Source: an uncultured Acetobacter sp.
Lineage (GTDB): Bacteria > Pseudomonadota > Alphaproteobacteria > RF32 > CAG-239
Reading direction: 5' to 3'
DNA: 64,000 nt
Assembly: GCA_964599945.1 (NCBI GenBank)
Contig: CAZRHI010000001.1
Coordinates: forward strand, 2,565-66,564
Below the pieces are notes generated by a model. The model ran no database searches. It was not told the DNA's origin and worked only from the letters and a program-made list of their open reading frames with translations. A program made the position numbers and the translations under genes. Shown here one piece after another: positions 10,375 to 20,393 of this stretch. Within the stretch, counting starts at the first letter, position 1. Each line of letters opens with the position of its first letter.

Positions 10375-11214
10375 ATGCCAGAATTACCAGAGGTCGAAAC
10401 AATTAAAGAAGCACTCAAAAAAGCTGTTGAAGGTGCCATTATTCAGTCTGTTGTTGTTCGGAATCGACGTTTCAGAAAAGATATTCCTGAAGATTTTGAA
10501 AAGAGACTCGCCTCATCGCGCATTTGTAAGATATATCGTATAGCTAAATATATTATTTTTGACATTGATACGGGAATTAGCATTATTTGGCATTTAGGCA
10601 TGAGCGGAAAGGTTAAAATCTGCTCACAGATTCCTGAAAATCTTGATAAACATGATCATGTTATATTTAGCACAACTCTTGGCGGAATTATCTATAATGA
10701 TGTTCGAAGGTTTGGCCTTCTTACCTATGTAAAAACAGAGAATCTACATACACACCAGTTATTTGAACATCTAGGAAAAGAGCCTTTTGATGAAACGTTG
10801 ACAGTTCAATATCTAAAGCAACGTTTCAAAAACAAAGCTATTCCTATCAAAGTCGCCCTGTTAGACCAGAGTATTATTAACGGCATCGGCAACATTTATG
10901 CTTCCGAATCCTTATTTGAGGCAAGCATCTCCCCGCTCCGACAATGCTCAGATATTAGCGATGATGAATTAGATCATCTTATTGAAGCTATAAAAAAAAC
11001 ATTAAACAAAGCCATTATTGCTGGCGGTTCGACTCTGCGGGATTATCGTAAGCCTGACGGCAGTATAGGATATTTTCAAAACCAGCATTGCGTTTATAAC
11101 AAAACAGGAAAAAGGTGTCCAAATTGTGTTTGTAACACTCAGAAAACTGGCGGAATTAAAAGAATCGTTCAAGCAGGACGCTCAACCTTCTATTGTGAAC
11201 GATTACAAAAATAA
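10375..11214 (+). CDS. mutM: formamidopyrimidine-DNA glycosylase (Fpg/MutM)
   Basis: MPELPEVE N-terminus with the catalytic Pro2, and a C-terminal zinc finger CPNC...CERC. AAGGA ribosome-binding site 6 nt upstream of ATG 10375. The tracked ORF start at 10336 would bury the catalytic proline. Confidence 0.85.
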   Translation: MPELPEVETIKEALKKAVEGAIIQSVVVRNRRFRKDIPEDFEKRLASSRICKIYRIAKYIIFDIDTGISIIWHLGMSGKVKICSQIPENLDKHDHVIFSTTLGGIIYNDVRRFGLLTYVKTENLHTHQLFEHLGKEPFDETLTVQYLKQRFKNKAIPIKVALLDQSIINGIGNIYASESLFEASISPLRQCSDISDDELDHLIEAIKKTLNKAIIAGGSTLRDYRKPDGSIGYFQNQHCVYNKTGKRCPNCVCNTQKTGGIKRIVQAGRSTFYCERLQK

Positions 11215-11225
11215 GGAGACTTATT

Positions 11226-11597
11226 ATGAGATTTATTTATCGAATCACTTTATTGATATTACTAGTTTCCTGTTCTACAAATAGCAACGCAGATAATTTT
11301 GTGGGTGGGTTTGAAGATATACCTTTGATAGACGGGTTTCAGCAAATCACCAATGATAATTTTGCATTTGGCAATGAAGAAGCTCGATATATTGAAACTC
11401 AACTTAGTGCCGTTCAACAAAAAAATTTTAATGATGTAAGAAATTTTTACACCGAATCTTTAGAACAACTTGGCTGGATTATCCTAAAAGATGCTCCTGA
11501 TTTATTAAGCTTTTATCGAGAAAATGACATATTAGAGATAAATCAAATTTCCAAATCTCCTTTAAAAATTAGCATCATTTTGAAAAATAGAACTTAA
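11226..11597 (+). CDS. hypothetical small lipoprotein
   Basis: Signal peptide plus lipobox LLVSC, 123 aa. Confidence 0.4.
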   Translation: MRFIYRITLLILLVSCSTNSNADNFVGGFEDIPLIDGFQQITNDNFAFGNEEARYIETQLSAVQQKNFNDVRNFYTESLEQLGWIILKDAPDLLSFYRENDILEINQISKSPLKISIILKNRT

Positions 11598-11704
11598 TTT
11601 TAATTATTTTTTAAAAAACTTGTTGACTATCACAGATTTTAGAGTATAAGTGTTTCAGAATTTTATTTGTGTTTAACTTAAACTTTAAGACAGGATAATG
11701 AATT

Positions 11705-11965
11705 ATGGCCAATCATAAGTCGGCAAAAACAAGAATAAACAGAAACAACAAAAGAAGTGTTATCAATGGCGCTCGTAGAAGCAGAGTAAGAACTTTTGTA
11801 AAGAAAGTTATTGCTGCTGTTTTAGCTGGTGATAAAGAAAACGCAACATCAGCTTTGAAAGTTGCTGAGAGCGAGATGATGAGAGCTGCTCAGAAAGGTG
11901 TTTTCCATAAAAATAAAGCATCTCGCACAATCTCTCGTTTGAGCCAAAAAGTAAAAGCTTTATAG
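11705..11965 (+). CDS. rpsT: 30S ribosomal protein S20
   Basis: MANHKSAKTRINRNNKRSV..., 86 aa and basic, typical of S20. Confidence 0.85.
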   Translation: MANHKSAKTRINRNNKRSVINGARRSRVRTFVKKVIAAVLAGDKENATSALKVAESEMMRAAQKGVFHKNKASRTISRLSQKVKAL

Positions 11966-11984
11966 TTTTTTGTTTATTAAAAAA

Positions 11985-12030
11985 ATTGCAACGCAGACAC
12001 TATTGCTGAAAAGCAGTGTTTGCGTTTTTT
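11985..12030 (+). terminator. rho-independent terminator of rpsT
   Basis: Imperfect hairpin aacgcagacact...agtgtttgcgtt followed by TTTTTTT. Confidence 0.5.
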
Positions 12031-12516
12031 TGTTTATTTTTCAAGACGTTAACTCGAATCGCTTCATAAAAGCTTGTCAAGCTGTTTTATTTAAAAATAG
12101 TAAAAAAAAATGTTTGTAACTTTATTTTTCATCAACTAGAGTTCTTTTATGTTATGAGATGAGATTAGTTAGAATTTTCTATGACATATCAGAACAGATA
12201 CAATGGAAAGTGTTTTTAGGTGTAAAAATGCTTATAGGTTTTATTTTATCAAATTAAGCCCCAAAAACATTGTTTTGTTTTTGATTATTTGACTTAAAAA
12301 TTTTAACTTTCGCCTATGGTTTGGATTAATTTTTACGAAATGAATTAGTTTTTCCTTGGCTTAAAAATTAACTTCATCTCTAAGCGGAGAATTATTATAG
12401 ATTATCAGTTATGCTTGTAGCTAAATAAATTTATGTATGAATCAAATAACTTTTATATTTATTTAGCAGAAGCAGAAATTATAAATTTATGTAAATATCT
12501 AAAGTGGGAGACAGAT

Positions 12517-13968
12517 ATGGCAGAAGAAGCATTTGCAAACGAGGCGCGCTCTATTGATATTCAATGGGATCAAATTTGCAGTCAATTAAAGATGGAATTT
12601 GGCGAAACTGCGTTTGATAGTTGGCTTAAACCGCTTACAGTTGGGGATTTTAACAATGGAATGATGAATCTTTACGCCCCAACAGTTTTTATAAAGAACT
12701 GGGTTGTTGCACAATATGCAGAGAGAATTAATAAAATTTGGGAACAACAGAATCCTAGTGTTAAAAAAGTCAATTTCGTAGTTCAGACAGGATTGAGCTC
12801 TCGTAAAAGTATTGATACTTCTTTATTGAAAAAAATTTCATCAACACCAACACCACAGAATATTTATGGTTGCAACATTAACAGTAGTTCTTTTGGATTA
12901 GTTGCAGGTGCCAGTCTTGCTAATGATACAGCAAAGAACAATAATTTAGCAACACCTCTTAACCCAAATTATACTTTTGAGAATTTTGTTGTTGGTAAAA
13001 CCAATGAATTTGCTTGTGCAGCTGCACGCAAAGTTGCGGAAACAAAAAATGTTTCTTTTAATCCTTTGTTCTTATATTCTAGTGTTGGATTAGGCAAAAC
13101 ACACTTAATGCACTCGATTATTTGGCACATAAAGAAGAACGACCCTACTCGCAATGTGATTTATTTAACAGCAGAACAATTTGTTTATAAATTTGTTAAA
13201 GCATTACGTTACAAAGATACCGCCGCATTCAAAGAGCAGTTCCGTTCTGTAGATGTTTTAATGGTTGATGACTTTCAATTTATGGGCAACAAAGGTGCCA
13301 CTCAGGAAGAATTTTTCCATACATTTAACTCATTAGTTGAAGAAGGAAAACAAGTCATTATTTCCGCAGACAAATCTCCAACAGACTTAGATGGTATTGA
13401 GGAGAGATTAAAATCTCGTCTTGTTGGTGGCTTGGTTGTTGATATTATGCCTACTGATTTCGATTTGAGAATGGGCATTTTACAGAAAAAAGCAGAATTG
13501 ATGGGGATTGAACTCCCTCAGAAAGTAGCTGAATTCTTGGCTCAAAAAATCACATCAAATGTGAGAGAACTTGAAGGTTCTTTAAGAAGAGTTGCAACTC
13601 ACTCACAGTTACTTTCAGGCAAAGAGATTACTCTTGATATGACACAAGATGTTTTGAAAGATATGTTACGTTCTATTGATCGCAAAACAACAATAGATGA
13701 AATCCAGAAGAAGGTAGCCGAACACTTCAATATCTCTGTTAAAGAGCTTCAATCTTCTCGTCGCGCAAGAACCGTTGCAAGACCCCGCCAAGTTGCGATG
13801 TACCTTGCTAAACAACTTACATCTCGATCTTTGCCTGAGATAGGACGCAAATTTGATCGCGATCACACAACTGTTATGCACGCTGTTCGTAAAGTTGAGG
13901 AGCTTATTCTTGAAGATCAAAACCTTGCAGAAGATATTGAGATTTTGAGAAGGACTCTTGAAAATTAA
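12517..13968 (+). CDS. dnaA: chromosomal replication initiator DnaA
   Basis: AAA+ motifs GLGKTHL and DDFQF, and a C-terminal DNA-binding helix-turn-helix. GGGAG ribosome-binding site ahead of ATG 12517 (MAEEAF...). The ORF track begins at 12433, which is probably too early. Confidence 0.9.
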   Translation: MAEEAFANEARSIDIQWDQICSQLKMEFGETAFDSWLKPLTVGDFNNGMMNLYAPTVFIKNWVVAQYAERINKIWEQQNPSVKKVNFVVQTGLSSRKSIDTSLLKKISSTPTPQNIYGCNINSSSFGLVAGASLANDTAKNNNLATPLNPNYTFENFVVGKTNEFACAAARKVAETKNVSFNPLFLYSSVGLGKTHLMHSIIWHIKKNDPTRNVIYLTAEQFVYKFVKALRYKDTAAFKEQFRSVDVLMVDDFQFMGNKGATQEEFFHTFNSLVEEGKQVIISADKSPTDLDGIEERLKSRLVGGLVVDIMPTDFDLRMGILQKKAELMGIELPQKVAEFLAQKITSNVRELEGSLRRVATHSQLLSGKEITLDMTQDVLKDMLRSIDRKTTIDEIQKKVAEHFNISVKELQSSRRARTVARPRQVAMYLAKQLTSRSLPEIGRKFDRDHTTVMHAVRKVEELILEDQNLAEDIEILRRTLEN

Positions 13969-14078
13969 CTAAATAAAAAAAATTGTTGAAGACTTGTTTT
14001 TTGACTTCTGATTTTATTGATTTGTGATAAGATACAGGAAAATAGAAACAAGTCTTTTTTTATATGGGATAGAAAACA

Positions 14079-15197
14079 ATGAAATTTACCATTGAACGTG
14101 TACATTTTTTAAAAACCCTCAGCCATATTCAAAGTATTGTTGAGAAAAGAAATACCATTCCTGTTTTATCTAATGTTCGCATTGAGGCCAAAGGTTCTAC
14201 AATCAACTTCAAAGCGACCGATATGGATATAGAAATTACAGAAATTGTTGAAGCAAATGTTTCTGCAGAAGGTGCAACGACTGCCCCTGCTCATATGCTT
14301 TATGATATTGTTAGAAAGCTTTCTGACGGCTCTGATATTGAAATCACATATCCAGATGAAAAAGGTTCATTGAGTATTGCTTCTGGACGTTCTAAGTTTT
14401 CCCTCTCGACGATTGACGTTGGGGACTTCCCAATTATCTCTGGAGATGATTTACCTATCAATTTTGAAATCAGTAAAGACGAATTAAAAACATTGATTGA
14501 TCGCACACAATTTTCTGCCTCTGTTGAAGAAGCACGTTACTACTTAAATGGTTTATATGTTCATGCAAAAAATGAAGGTGAAACAAAAGTTTTACGCGTT
14601 GTAGCAACAGACGGACATCGCTTGGCTTGTGCCGAATCACCTTTACCTGAGGGAGCAGAAAAATTAGAAGGTGTGATTATTCCAAGAAAGTCTGTTTTGG
14701 AAATTAGAAAACTTTTAGATGATGCATCTATTGATAACGTTAAAATGGCTTTATCTGAAAACAAAGTTCGTTTATCTTTTGAGGATATTACACTAACATC
14801 CAAATTGATTGACGGCACATTCCCAGACTATGAAAGAGTTATTCCAACAGATAATGATAAAGTTTTGGAAGTGAACGTTAAGGAGCTGGCTGCTGCTGTT
14901 GACCGTGTTTCTGTTGTTACCGAAAGAAGTCGTGGTATTCGTTTAATTACGGATACAAACCATGTAACGATTGCAGCTTCAAATGCAGAATTGGGTAATG
15001 CGACAGAAGAACTAGAAGCACGTTACGACAAAGAACCGATTGATACGGGATATAATTTCCGCTATTTACTGGATATTTTAGCCCAGATTAAAGGAGAAGA
15101 TGTCAGATTTGGTTTATCTAGCAATGCTGCTGCAACTGTGATAAATGACACATCAGATAATAGTGCCATTTATGTTTTGATGCCAATGAGAATCTAG
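14079..15197 (+). CDS. dnaN: DNA polymerase III beta sliding clamp
   Basis: 372 aa starting MKFTIER, with sliding-clamp domain organisation, directly downstream of dnaA. Confidence 0.9.
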   Translation: MKFTIERVHFLKTLSHIQSIVEKRNTIPVLSNVRIEAKGSTINFKATDMDIEITEIVEANVSAEGATTAPAHMLYDIVRKLSDGSDIEITYPDEKGSLSIASGRSKFSLSTIDVGDFPIISGDDLPINFEISKDELKTLIDRTQFSASVEEARYYLNGLYVHAKNEGETKVLRVVATDGHRLACAESPLPEGAEKLEGVIIPRKSVLEIRKLLDDASIDNVKMALSENKVRLSFEDITLTSKLIDGTFPDYERVIPTDNDKVLEVNVKELAAAVDRVSVVTERSRGIRLITDTNHVTIAASNAELGNATEELEARYDKEPIDTGYNFRYLLDILAQIKGEDVRFGLSSNAAATVINDTSDNSAIYVLMPMRI

Positions 15198-16429
15198 TGA
15201 ATCCTGCTGTTTGTTGTCATTTCAATACGAATATTTCTGAGGTTGGGTCAGCCATTAGGCACCTGACCTTAGTTAATTTTCGGAATTATCGTTATTTAAG
15301 ACTAAATACTGATAGACCATTTATTGCGTTAAGCGGTGAAAATGGTTGCGGCAAAACAAATGTATTAGAAGCCATTTCATTTCTTTCACAAGGACGAGGA
15401 TTGCGTGGAGCAAAATTATCTGAAGTGAAGACATTTGACTTTTTAACACAGAGCCAACAGACTCCTGTTTTTATCAACAATAATGGTTGGGCTGTATCCG
15501 CACAGCTTCAAAATGATACCGAAGACTTGACAATAGGCACTGCTGTTGAAAGCTCTCTTAAAGAAATCGGCTTTAACGAAACCAAAGAAGTTGAGCGACG
15601 AATCGTCCATATTAACAATCAAAAACTCTCTTCTCAAAATGATTTAGGCAATTTTATCTCGGTTATTTGGGTTACCCCACAAATGGATAGAATTTTTCAA
15701 GGCGGCTCTCAAAATAGACGCACTTTTCTTGATAGAATCGTCTATTCTTTTGATGTCGATCATGCAAAGCGTTTATCTACTTTTGACAATTTATATCGTC
15801 AATGGATTCAAGTTTTAAAAAGTGGCTCAGTAAACACTGTTTGGCTTGATGCGTTAGAAGAAAAAATAGCGGGAGTGGGCGTTGCTATTGCTGCGGCACG
15901 ATGTGAGCAGGTAGCAAAGCTAAATACATTTATTGAAACGAATCCTGATGACACCTTTCCTGATGCTGTTTTAGAGCTTGATGGAACTATTGAAAAAATG
16001 CTTTCTGAAAAACCTGCAATTTATGTTGAAGATTTTTATCGCGAATCCCTTTTTAACCAAAGACGTAGCATTTTATATAACGATACGTCTTCAGGGATTA
16101 ACAAAACAGATTTGAAAGCAGTTTACAAAAAGAAAAATGTTCCAGCTAATTTGTGTTCAACAGGTGAACAGAAATCTCTTTTATTAAATATTATTCTAGC
16201 TCAAACAAAAAGCTTAATTGCTTTTAGAAATATTTATCCAATTCTTTTACTTGATGAGATTTCAGCGCATTTAGACGAAATAAAACGGGATACACTTTTT
16301 GAAAAAATAAAAGACATTCATGTTCAAAGCTGGCTAACTTCGACAACTTTGTTTGATTTTATGCATATTAAAAATTCTACTCAATTTTTTGAAGTTAAAG
16401 AAAACAATGTTGTTCCTATTTCTTTTTAA
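15197..16429 (+). CDS. recF: DNA replication/repair protein RecF
   Basis: Walker A GENGCGKTN, the LVNFRNY N-terminus and an ABC signature. The GTG start overlaps the dnaN stop. The true start may be about 20 codons downstream. Confidence 0.8.
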   Translation: MNPAVCCHFNTNISEVGSAIRHLTLVNFRNYRYLRLNTDRPFIALSGENGCGKTNVLEAISFLSQGRGLRGAKLSEVKTFDFLTQSQQTPVFINNNGWAVSAQLQNDTEDLTIGTAVESSLKEIGFNETKEVERRIVHINNQKLSSQNDLGNFISVIWVTPQMDRIFQGGSQNRRTFLDRIVYSFDVDHAKRLSTFDNLYRQWIQVLKSGSVNTVWLDALEEKIAGVGVAIAAARCEQVAKLNTFIETNPDDTFPDAVLELDGTIEKMLSEKPAIYVEDFYRESLFNQRRSILYNDTSSGINKTDLKAVYKKKNVPANLCSTGEQKSLLLNIILAQTKSLIAFRNIYPILLLDEISAHLDEIKRDTLFEKIKDIHVQSWLTSTTLFDFMHIKNSTQFFEVKENNVVPISF

Positions 16430-16462
16430 TTTTTAGTGTTGCATATTTATAGAAAAGCCCCA

Positions 16463-16492
16463 CATCTAATGTGGGGTTTTTAGATAAATACC
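16463..16492. terminator. bidirectional rho-independent terminator between recF and gpsA
   Basis: ccccacat-ctaa-atgtgggg hairpin flanked by T-runs on both strands. Confidence 0.6.
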
Positions 16493-16511
16493 TCATAGAA
16501 ACGGCAGTTTT

Positions 16512-17486
16512 TTAGAATTGTTCAAACTCGTGTTTTAAATCTCTATCAAACATTGCTCGAATCGTTTGTTTTACATCAACGCCTTCGTAAACAGCTTTAT
16601 ATAATGCCTGACAAATCGGCATATTTATATTTTCTCTATCCGCAATATTTTTAACAGCTTTTAGTGTATAATAGCCTTCTGCAAGTTTTCCAAAATCTTG
16701 TCCTTTAGCAAACAGCTCGCCAAACATACGGTTATGACTATGTTTTGAGAACAATGTTGCCTCATAATCTCCTAAATGAGATAGACCGTACGCTGTCATT
16801 GGATTACCCCCAAAATGCTTGATAAATCGTCCAACTTCTATGGGGGCTCTTGCCATTAACGCACCTTTTAACCCATACCACTCTAAACCATCCAAAATTC
16901 CTGCAGCAATACCTATAACATTTTTCAAAGCTGCGCCCACTTGATTACCAACAAAATCTGCTCCATAGTAGAATCGGATTAAATCACTTTGTAAAGCATG
17001 GACAACTTTCTCCTTAACATCTTCCTCATCACTATCAATAACGGCACAAGACGGCACACCTTTCATATAATCTTGCACATGCCCTGGGCCACCCAAGGTT
17101 GCGATATGGATAGGTTGATGTATTTCCTCACGCATTACATCACTTAAAATTGTTGCATTAGGCTCTTCCAAACCTTTCATTGCCAACAAAAATGTTTTAC
17201 CTGATACATCGTAACCATTTAGTTCTTTCGCAAGTGAACGTAAGTGCTGACAGCCAATGGATATAATAATTAAATCATTATCCAAAACATCTGCAATTTT
17301 TTCATATAAAAACATATTATCACTAAGCGTTAAATATGGATTTTTGCGTGTTTCTTTTAATTCAATAAAATCTGGTGAATCTGGACGACTGTAAATTTTA
17401 ACTTTATCCATTTTACAGTGATTTGCGGCATACCATGCCAAAAAAGTTCCCCAACGTCCGCTACCTATAACAGAAATTTCAGCCAT
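16512..17486 (-). CDS. gpsA: NAD(P)H-dependent glycerol-3-phosphate dehydrogenase
   Basis: VIGSGRWGT Rossmann motif at the N-terminus, 324 aa, GpsA family. Confidence 0.85.
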   Translation of the reverse strand: MAEISVIGSGRWGTFLAWYAANHCKMDKVKIYSRPDSPDFIELKETRKNPYLTLSDNMFLYEKIADVLDNDLIIISIGCQHLRSLAKELNGYDVSGKTFLLAMKGLEEPNATILSDVMREEIHQPIHIATLGGPGHVQDYMKGVPSCAVIDSDEEDVKEKVVHALQSDLIRFYYGADFVGNQVGAALKNVIGIAAGILDGLEWYGLKGALMARAPIEVGRFIKHFGGNPMTAYGLSHLGDYEATLFSKHSHNRMFGELFAKGQDFGKLAEGYYTLKAVKNIADRENINMPICQALYKAVYEGVDVKQTIRAMFDRDLKHEFEQF

Positions 17487-17602
17487 AACTACGTTCCTTT
17501 ACAAATAAATATTTTATAAAGTGTAATTTATGATGCATTTGCCCACTTGGCAAACCAAGTTTATAAGAAATTAACAGGGAAACAACTTTTCTAGAAATAT
17601 AT

Positions 17603-18022
17603 TTAGGATTTTTTCTTAACTCTTTGACGACCAATTATCGCGTTAATATAATCGAATTTCACAAAGGACTTATACGCATAATCCAAACTTTGCTTTTCAT
17701 ACCCATAAAAGACCTTATTAGCTAGTCCTTTTATAGCATCATCAATCTTTTTGAATGCTTCATTATAGTCTTTGCTGAAATTATTTTTAACTTTCTTTTG
17801 TACGAGTTCATGATATGCAGCGATAACTTTTGCTGTTTCATCTGCAGAATTGGCGTACCCTTTCCGTTCAAACTCATGCATAATCTGCGCAGTAGTCTGG
17901 TAGAAGCACTTGTTTGTCAGAATACTTTTTTGTGTTTCATTTTTGCTATCTATTATCATTGCAAGAACGTAACCCTCCAAAAAAACATAGTTTATGTATA
18001 GCACAAAAAAAATATTTTTCAA
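17603..18022 (-). CDS. hypothetical protein
   Basis: 139-aa ORF with one N-terminal hydrophobic segment and no recognisable motif. Confidence 0.35.
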   Translation of the reverse strand: MKNIFFVLYINYVFLEGYVLAMIIDSKNETQKSILTNKCFYQTTAQIMHEFERKGYANSADETAKVIAAYHELVQKKVKNNFSKDYNEAFKKIDDAIKGLANKVFYGYEKQSLDYAYKSFVKFDYINAIIGRQRVKKKS

Positions 18023-18028
18023 GTGGTT

Positions 18029-19354
18029 TTATTGTGTACACCTGCTAATATTTTCGATAAAGCTTAGATTGTGCGTCTTTCCATATTCAATTCTTCCGTC
18101 TACTGGTATCGGATAACTCATCGTACACTTCCAATCTGTTATTGTTTTCAAATTATAATAGTGATTTAGACAAACACACCCATTTTTGTACAGCAATTCA
18201 CCGAAGAACTGAAATTTTCGAGATCTAATGTCTTGTATAACCCCCACCAACATATAGGCCAATAAAACAATTCCATAAAAACGTATAAATTTGTATTTTG
18301 AGAGAGCTAGAACCATCAGTGTTGTAGGTACTAATATAAAAAATGTTTCATTATGCCGTATATAACTAAATGCATAGGAATATACTTCCCCGCCCCGAAA
18401 CGCTACAACACCACATACACAAAACAATATTCCAAAGATTATGCCCCATAACGATTGTTCTTTCTTTATTTTATATCGTTCAAAAAAGACTATACCCAAG
18501 ATTGAAAAGTGAACTACCATTAAAAACAGACAGATTCTTGCATTTAATACAGATGCTAGCCAGAAAGCCCCCATACCATTTATTATGTAAAATGATAAAT
18601 TATGCAGATACACCATTGTAAATGTCGAATGGACAAGCTTTACCGTTATAAATCGTCTTATATTTGTTACTTGCATTAAAAATGCCACCAATATCAACAT
18701 TGTACATAAAGCTATTAAGCATTTAAAGATTGCCTCTAGTTTACCATTTTCTTTGGCATTTACTATCTCTTTAATTATGTATGCAAGCATTCCACCGATG
18801 GCCAATGGTATATTCATGGAAATTACACTCAAGAACAAGCAAACACTCATGATATATGGGCTATATTTTGTATCATCTTTAGTAAACCCCACATATATTG
18901 CCAACAAGAAAAACAATATAAAAGTATGTGTTTGAACCAAAACCGCCCACAACCAATTATATCCCAACATAGGAGTTAATAATATACATAAAAACAGAGG
19001 ATAATATGGAACAGGCTTGCTTTGTGCTTTTTTCAATATCTCATTATAAATACATATCAACACCAGATATACACCAAAATTTGTAAAAATAAAATCGCGC
19101 AAATTCCAATCGCTCAGTTTATACATAGTTTCAGATATAACAAAATAAAAGAACTGCATATTTTCATTGTAAAAATTAAACACGTGCGCAACGTTTCCGC
19201 GCGGAAGCGAATCCCAAGTATCCCAGAAAGGAATGTCAAAGGCATATTCATACAATACAAAAATATCATATATTGCTAACAAAACAAAGATTAAACAAGA
19301 AAACAGAAACATTTTATTTTTTAACATATATACCTCTTTTATATATTTTCTCAA
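18029..19354 (-). CDS. polytopic integral membrane protein (possibly Wzy/O-antigen-polymerase-like or glycosyltransferase-like)
   Basis: 441 aa with at least 10 aromatic-rich hydrophobic helices. Function is not assignable from sequence. Confidence 0.4.
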   Translation of the reverse strand: MRKYIKEVYMLKNKMFLFSCLIFVLLAIYDIFVLYEYAFDIPFWDTWDSLPRGNVAHVFNFYNENMQFFYFVISETMYKLSDWNLRDFIFTNFGVYLVLICIYNEILKKAQSKPVPYYPLFLCILLTPMLGYNWLWAVLVQTHTFILFFLLAIYVGFTKDDTKYSPYIMSVCLFLSVISMNIPLAIGGMLAYIIKEIVNAKENGKLEAIFKCLIALCTMLILVAFLMQVTNIRRFITVKLVHSTFTMVYLHNLSFYIINGMGAFWLASVLNARICLFLMVVHFSILGIVFFERYKIKKEQSLWGIIFGILFCVCGVVAFRGGEVYSYAFSYIRHNETFFILVPTTLMVLALSKYKFIRFYGIVLLAYMLVGVIQDIRSRKFQFFGELLYKNGCVCLNHYYNLKTITDWKCTMSYPIPVDGRIEYGKTHNLSFIENISRCTQ

Positions 19355-19412
19355 ATTTTATCCAAGCTAACACTATTTTCAACTTTATTGCTTTTCTTAT
19401 ACAAAAAAAATG

Positions 19413-19441
19413 TTGACTTCGTAAAATATTGATTTTATAAA
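19413..19441 (+). promoter_or_regulatory. sigma70-type promoter of rpmH
   Basis: TTGACT (19413-19418), a 17-nt spacer, then TATAAA (19436-19441), about 70 nt upstream of rpmH. Confidence 0.55.
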
Positions 19442-19511
19442 GATGAAACAAACCGAGAGGTCCCCGTGTGGTGTGCCTTTAAATAAATAACTAATTAACC
19501 GGAGATTCATT

Positions 19512-19646
19512 ATGAAACGTACATATCAACCAAGTAAACTCGTTAGAGCTCGTCGCCACGGTTTTCGTACTCGTATGGCTACAGCTGGTGGTCGTAAAGT
19601 TTTAGCTGCTCGTCGTGCAAGAGGACGTAAAAGACTTTCTGCATAA
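19512..19646 (+). CDS. rpmH: 50S ribosomal protein L34
   Basis: Manual translation gives [44 protein letters not shown] (44 aa). This ORF is absent from the track because it is under 60 aa. GGAG ribosome-binding site upstream. Confidence 0.9.
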   Translation: MKRTYQPSKLVRARRHGFRTRMATAGGRKVLAARRARGRKRLSA

Positions 19647-19649
19647 GCT

Positions 19650-20051
19650 TTGATTCATATGACAAAAATACTTACTTTTAAAAAAAGAAAAGATTTTTTA
19701 AGAGTCGCCCAAGGTTCTTATATTGCTACACACAATATGGTCCTTCAGGCGACTCCTAGTTTATCTGAAACAAGTGATATTTTTGTTGGCTATACTGCTA
19801 CAAAAAAGATTGGTAATGCCGTTATTCGAAATAAAAGCAAACGGCGATTACGTTCTATTGTTACTGAAGTTTTGAGAAACTACGCTTTGCCGAATATTGA
19901 TTATGTTTTTATTGCGCGTAAATCTACTGCTGAATGTAATTTTCAAGAGTTAAAAAAAGACACAATTTATGCCTTAAAGAAGATTAACAAAAATTTCATC
20001 CCCTTACCAAACGCAGGAGCGATTTCCACTGATGAAAAAGGCATATCGTGA
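19650..20051 (+). CDS. rnpA: RNase P protein component
   Basis: Small basic protein immediately after rpmH with a conserved RNR-like KRRLR motif. Confidence 0.8.
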   Translation: MIHMTKILTFKKRKDFLRVAQGSYIATHNMVLQATPSLSETSDIFVGYTATKKIGNAVIRNKSKRRLRSIVTEVLRNYALPNIDYVFIARKSTAECNFQELKKDTIYALKKINKNFIPLPNAGAISTDEKGIS

Positions 20052-20304
20052 ATTGGTAAAAATCTTAGGATCTTTAGCCATTTTTTTTATTAAAATCTAT
20101 AAAAGAGCAATATCTCCCCTTTTACCATGCGCTTGTCGTTATACCCCTACTTGCTCGGAATATATGATTCAAGCTATTCGCATTCATGGAATCTGGAAAG
20201 GTGGTTATTTGGGAATTAAACGGATTTTTAGATGCCATCCATGGGGTGGTTGCGGAAACGACCCTGTCCCTCCCCCTTCTAATACTGATAAAAACACGGA
20301 TTAA
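20032..20304 (+). CDS. yidD: membrane protein insertion efficiency factor YidD
   Basis: Conserved [10 protein letters not shown]...CHPWGG motifs. Confidence 0.85.
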   Translation: MKKAYRELVKILGSLAIFFIKIYKRAISPLLPCACRYTPTCSEYMIQAIRIHGIWKGGYLGIKRIFRCHPWGGCGNDPVPPPSNTDKNTD

Positions 20305-20393
20305 ATTCTTATAAAGCTTTACAATAAGCCTTTTTTATATTAGAAAATGATAGATATTTTGATTACTTATTTTATTTAGGAGAAATTTTAGGA

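Noticed and set aside
15197-15290. An unusual N-terminal extension on RecF (410 aa)
   Set aside because: This is most likely a start-codon artefact of the ORF caller: a GTG overlaps the dnaN stop. The conserved RecF N-terminus begins about 20 codons in. It is not a biological fusion.
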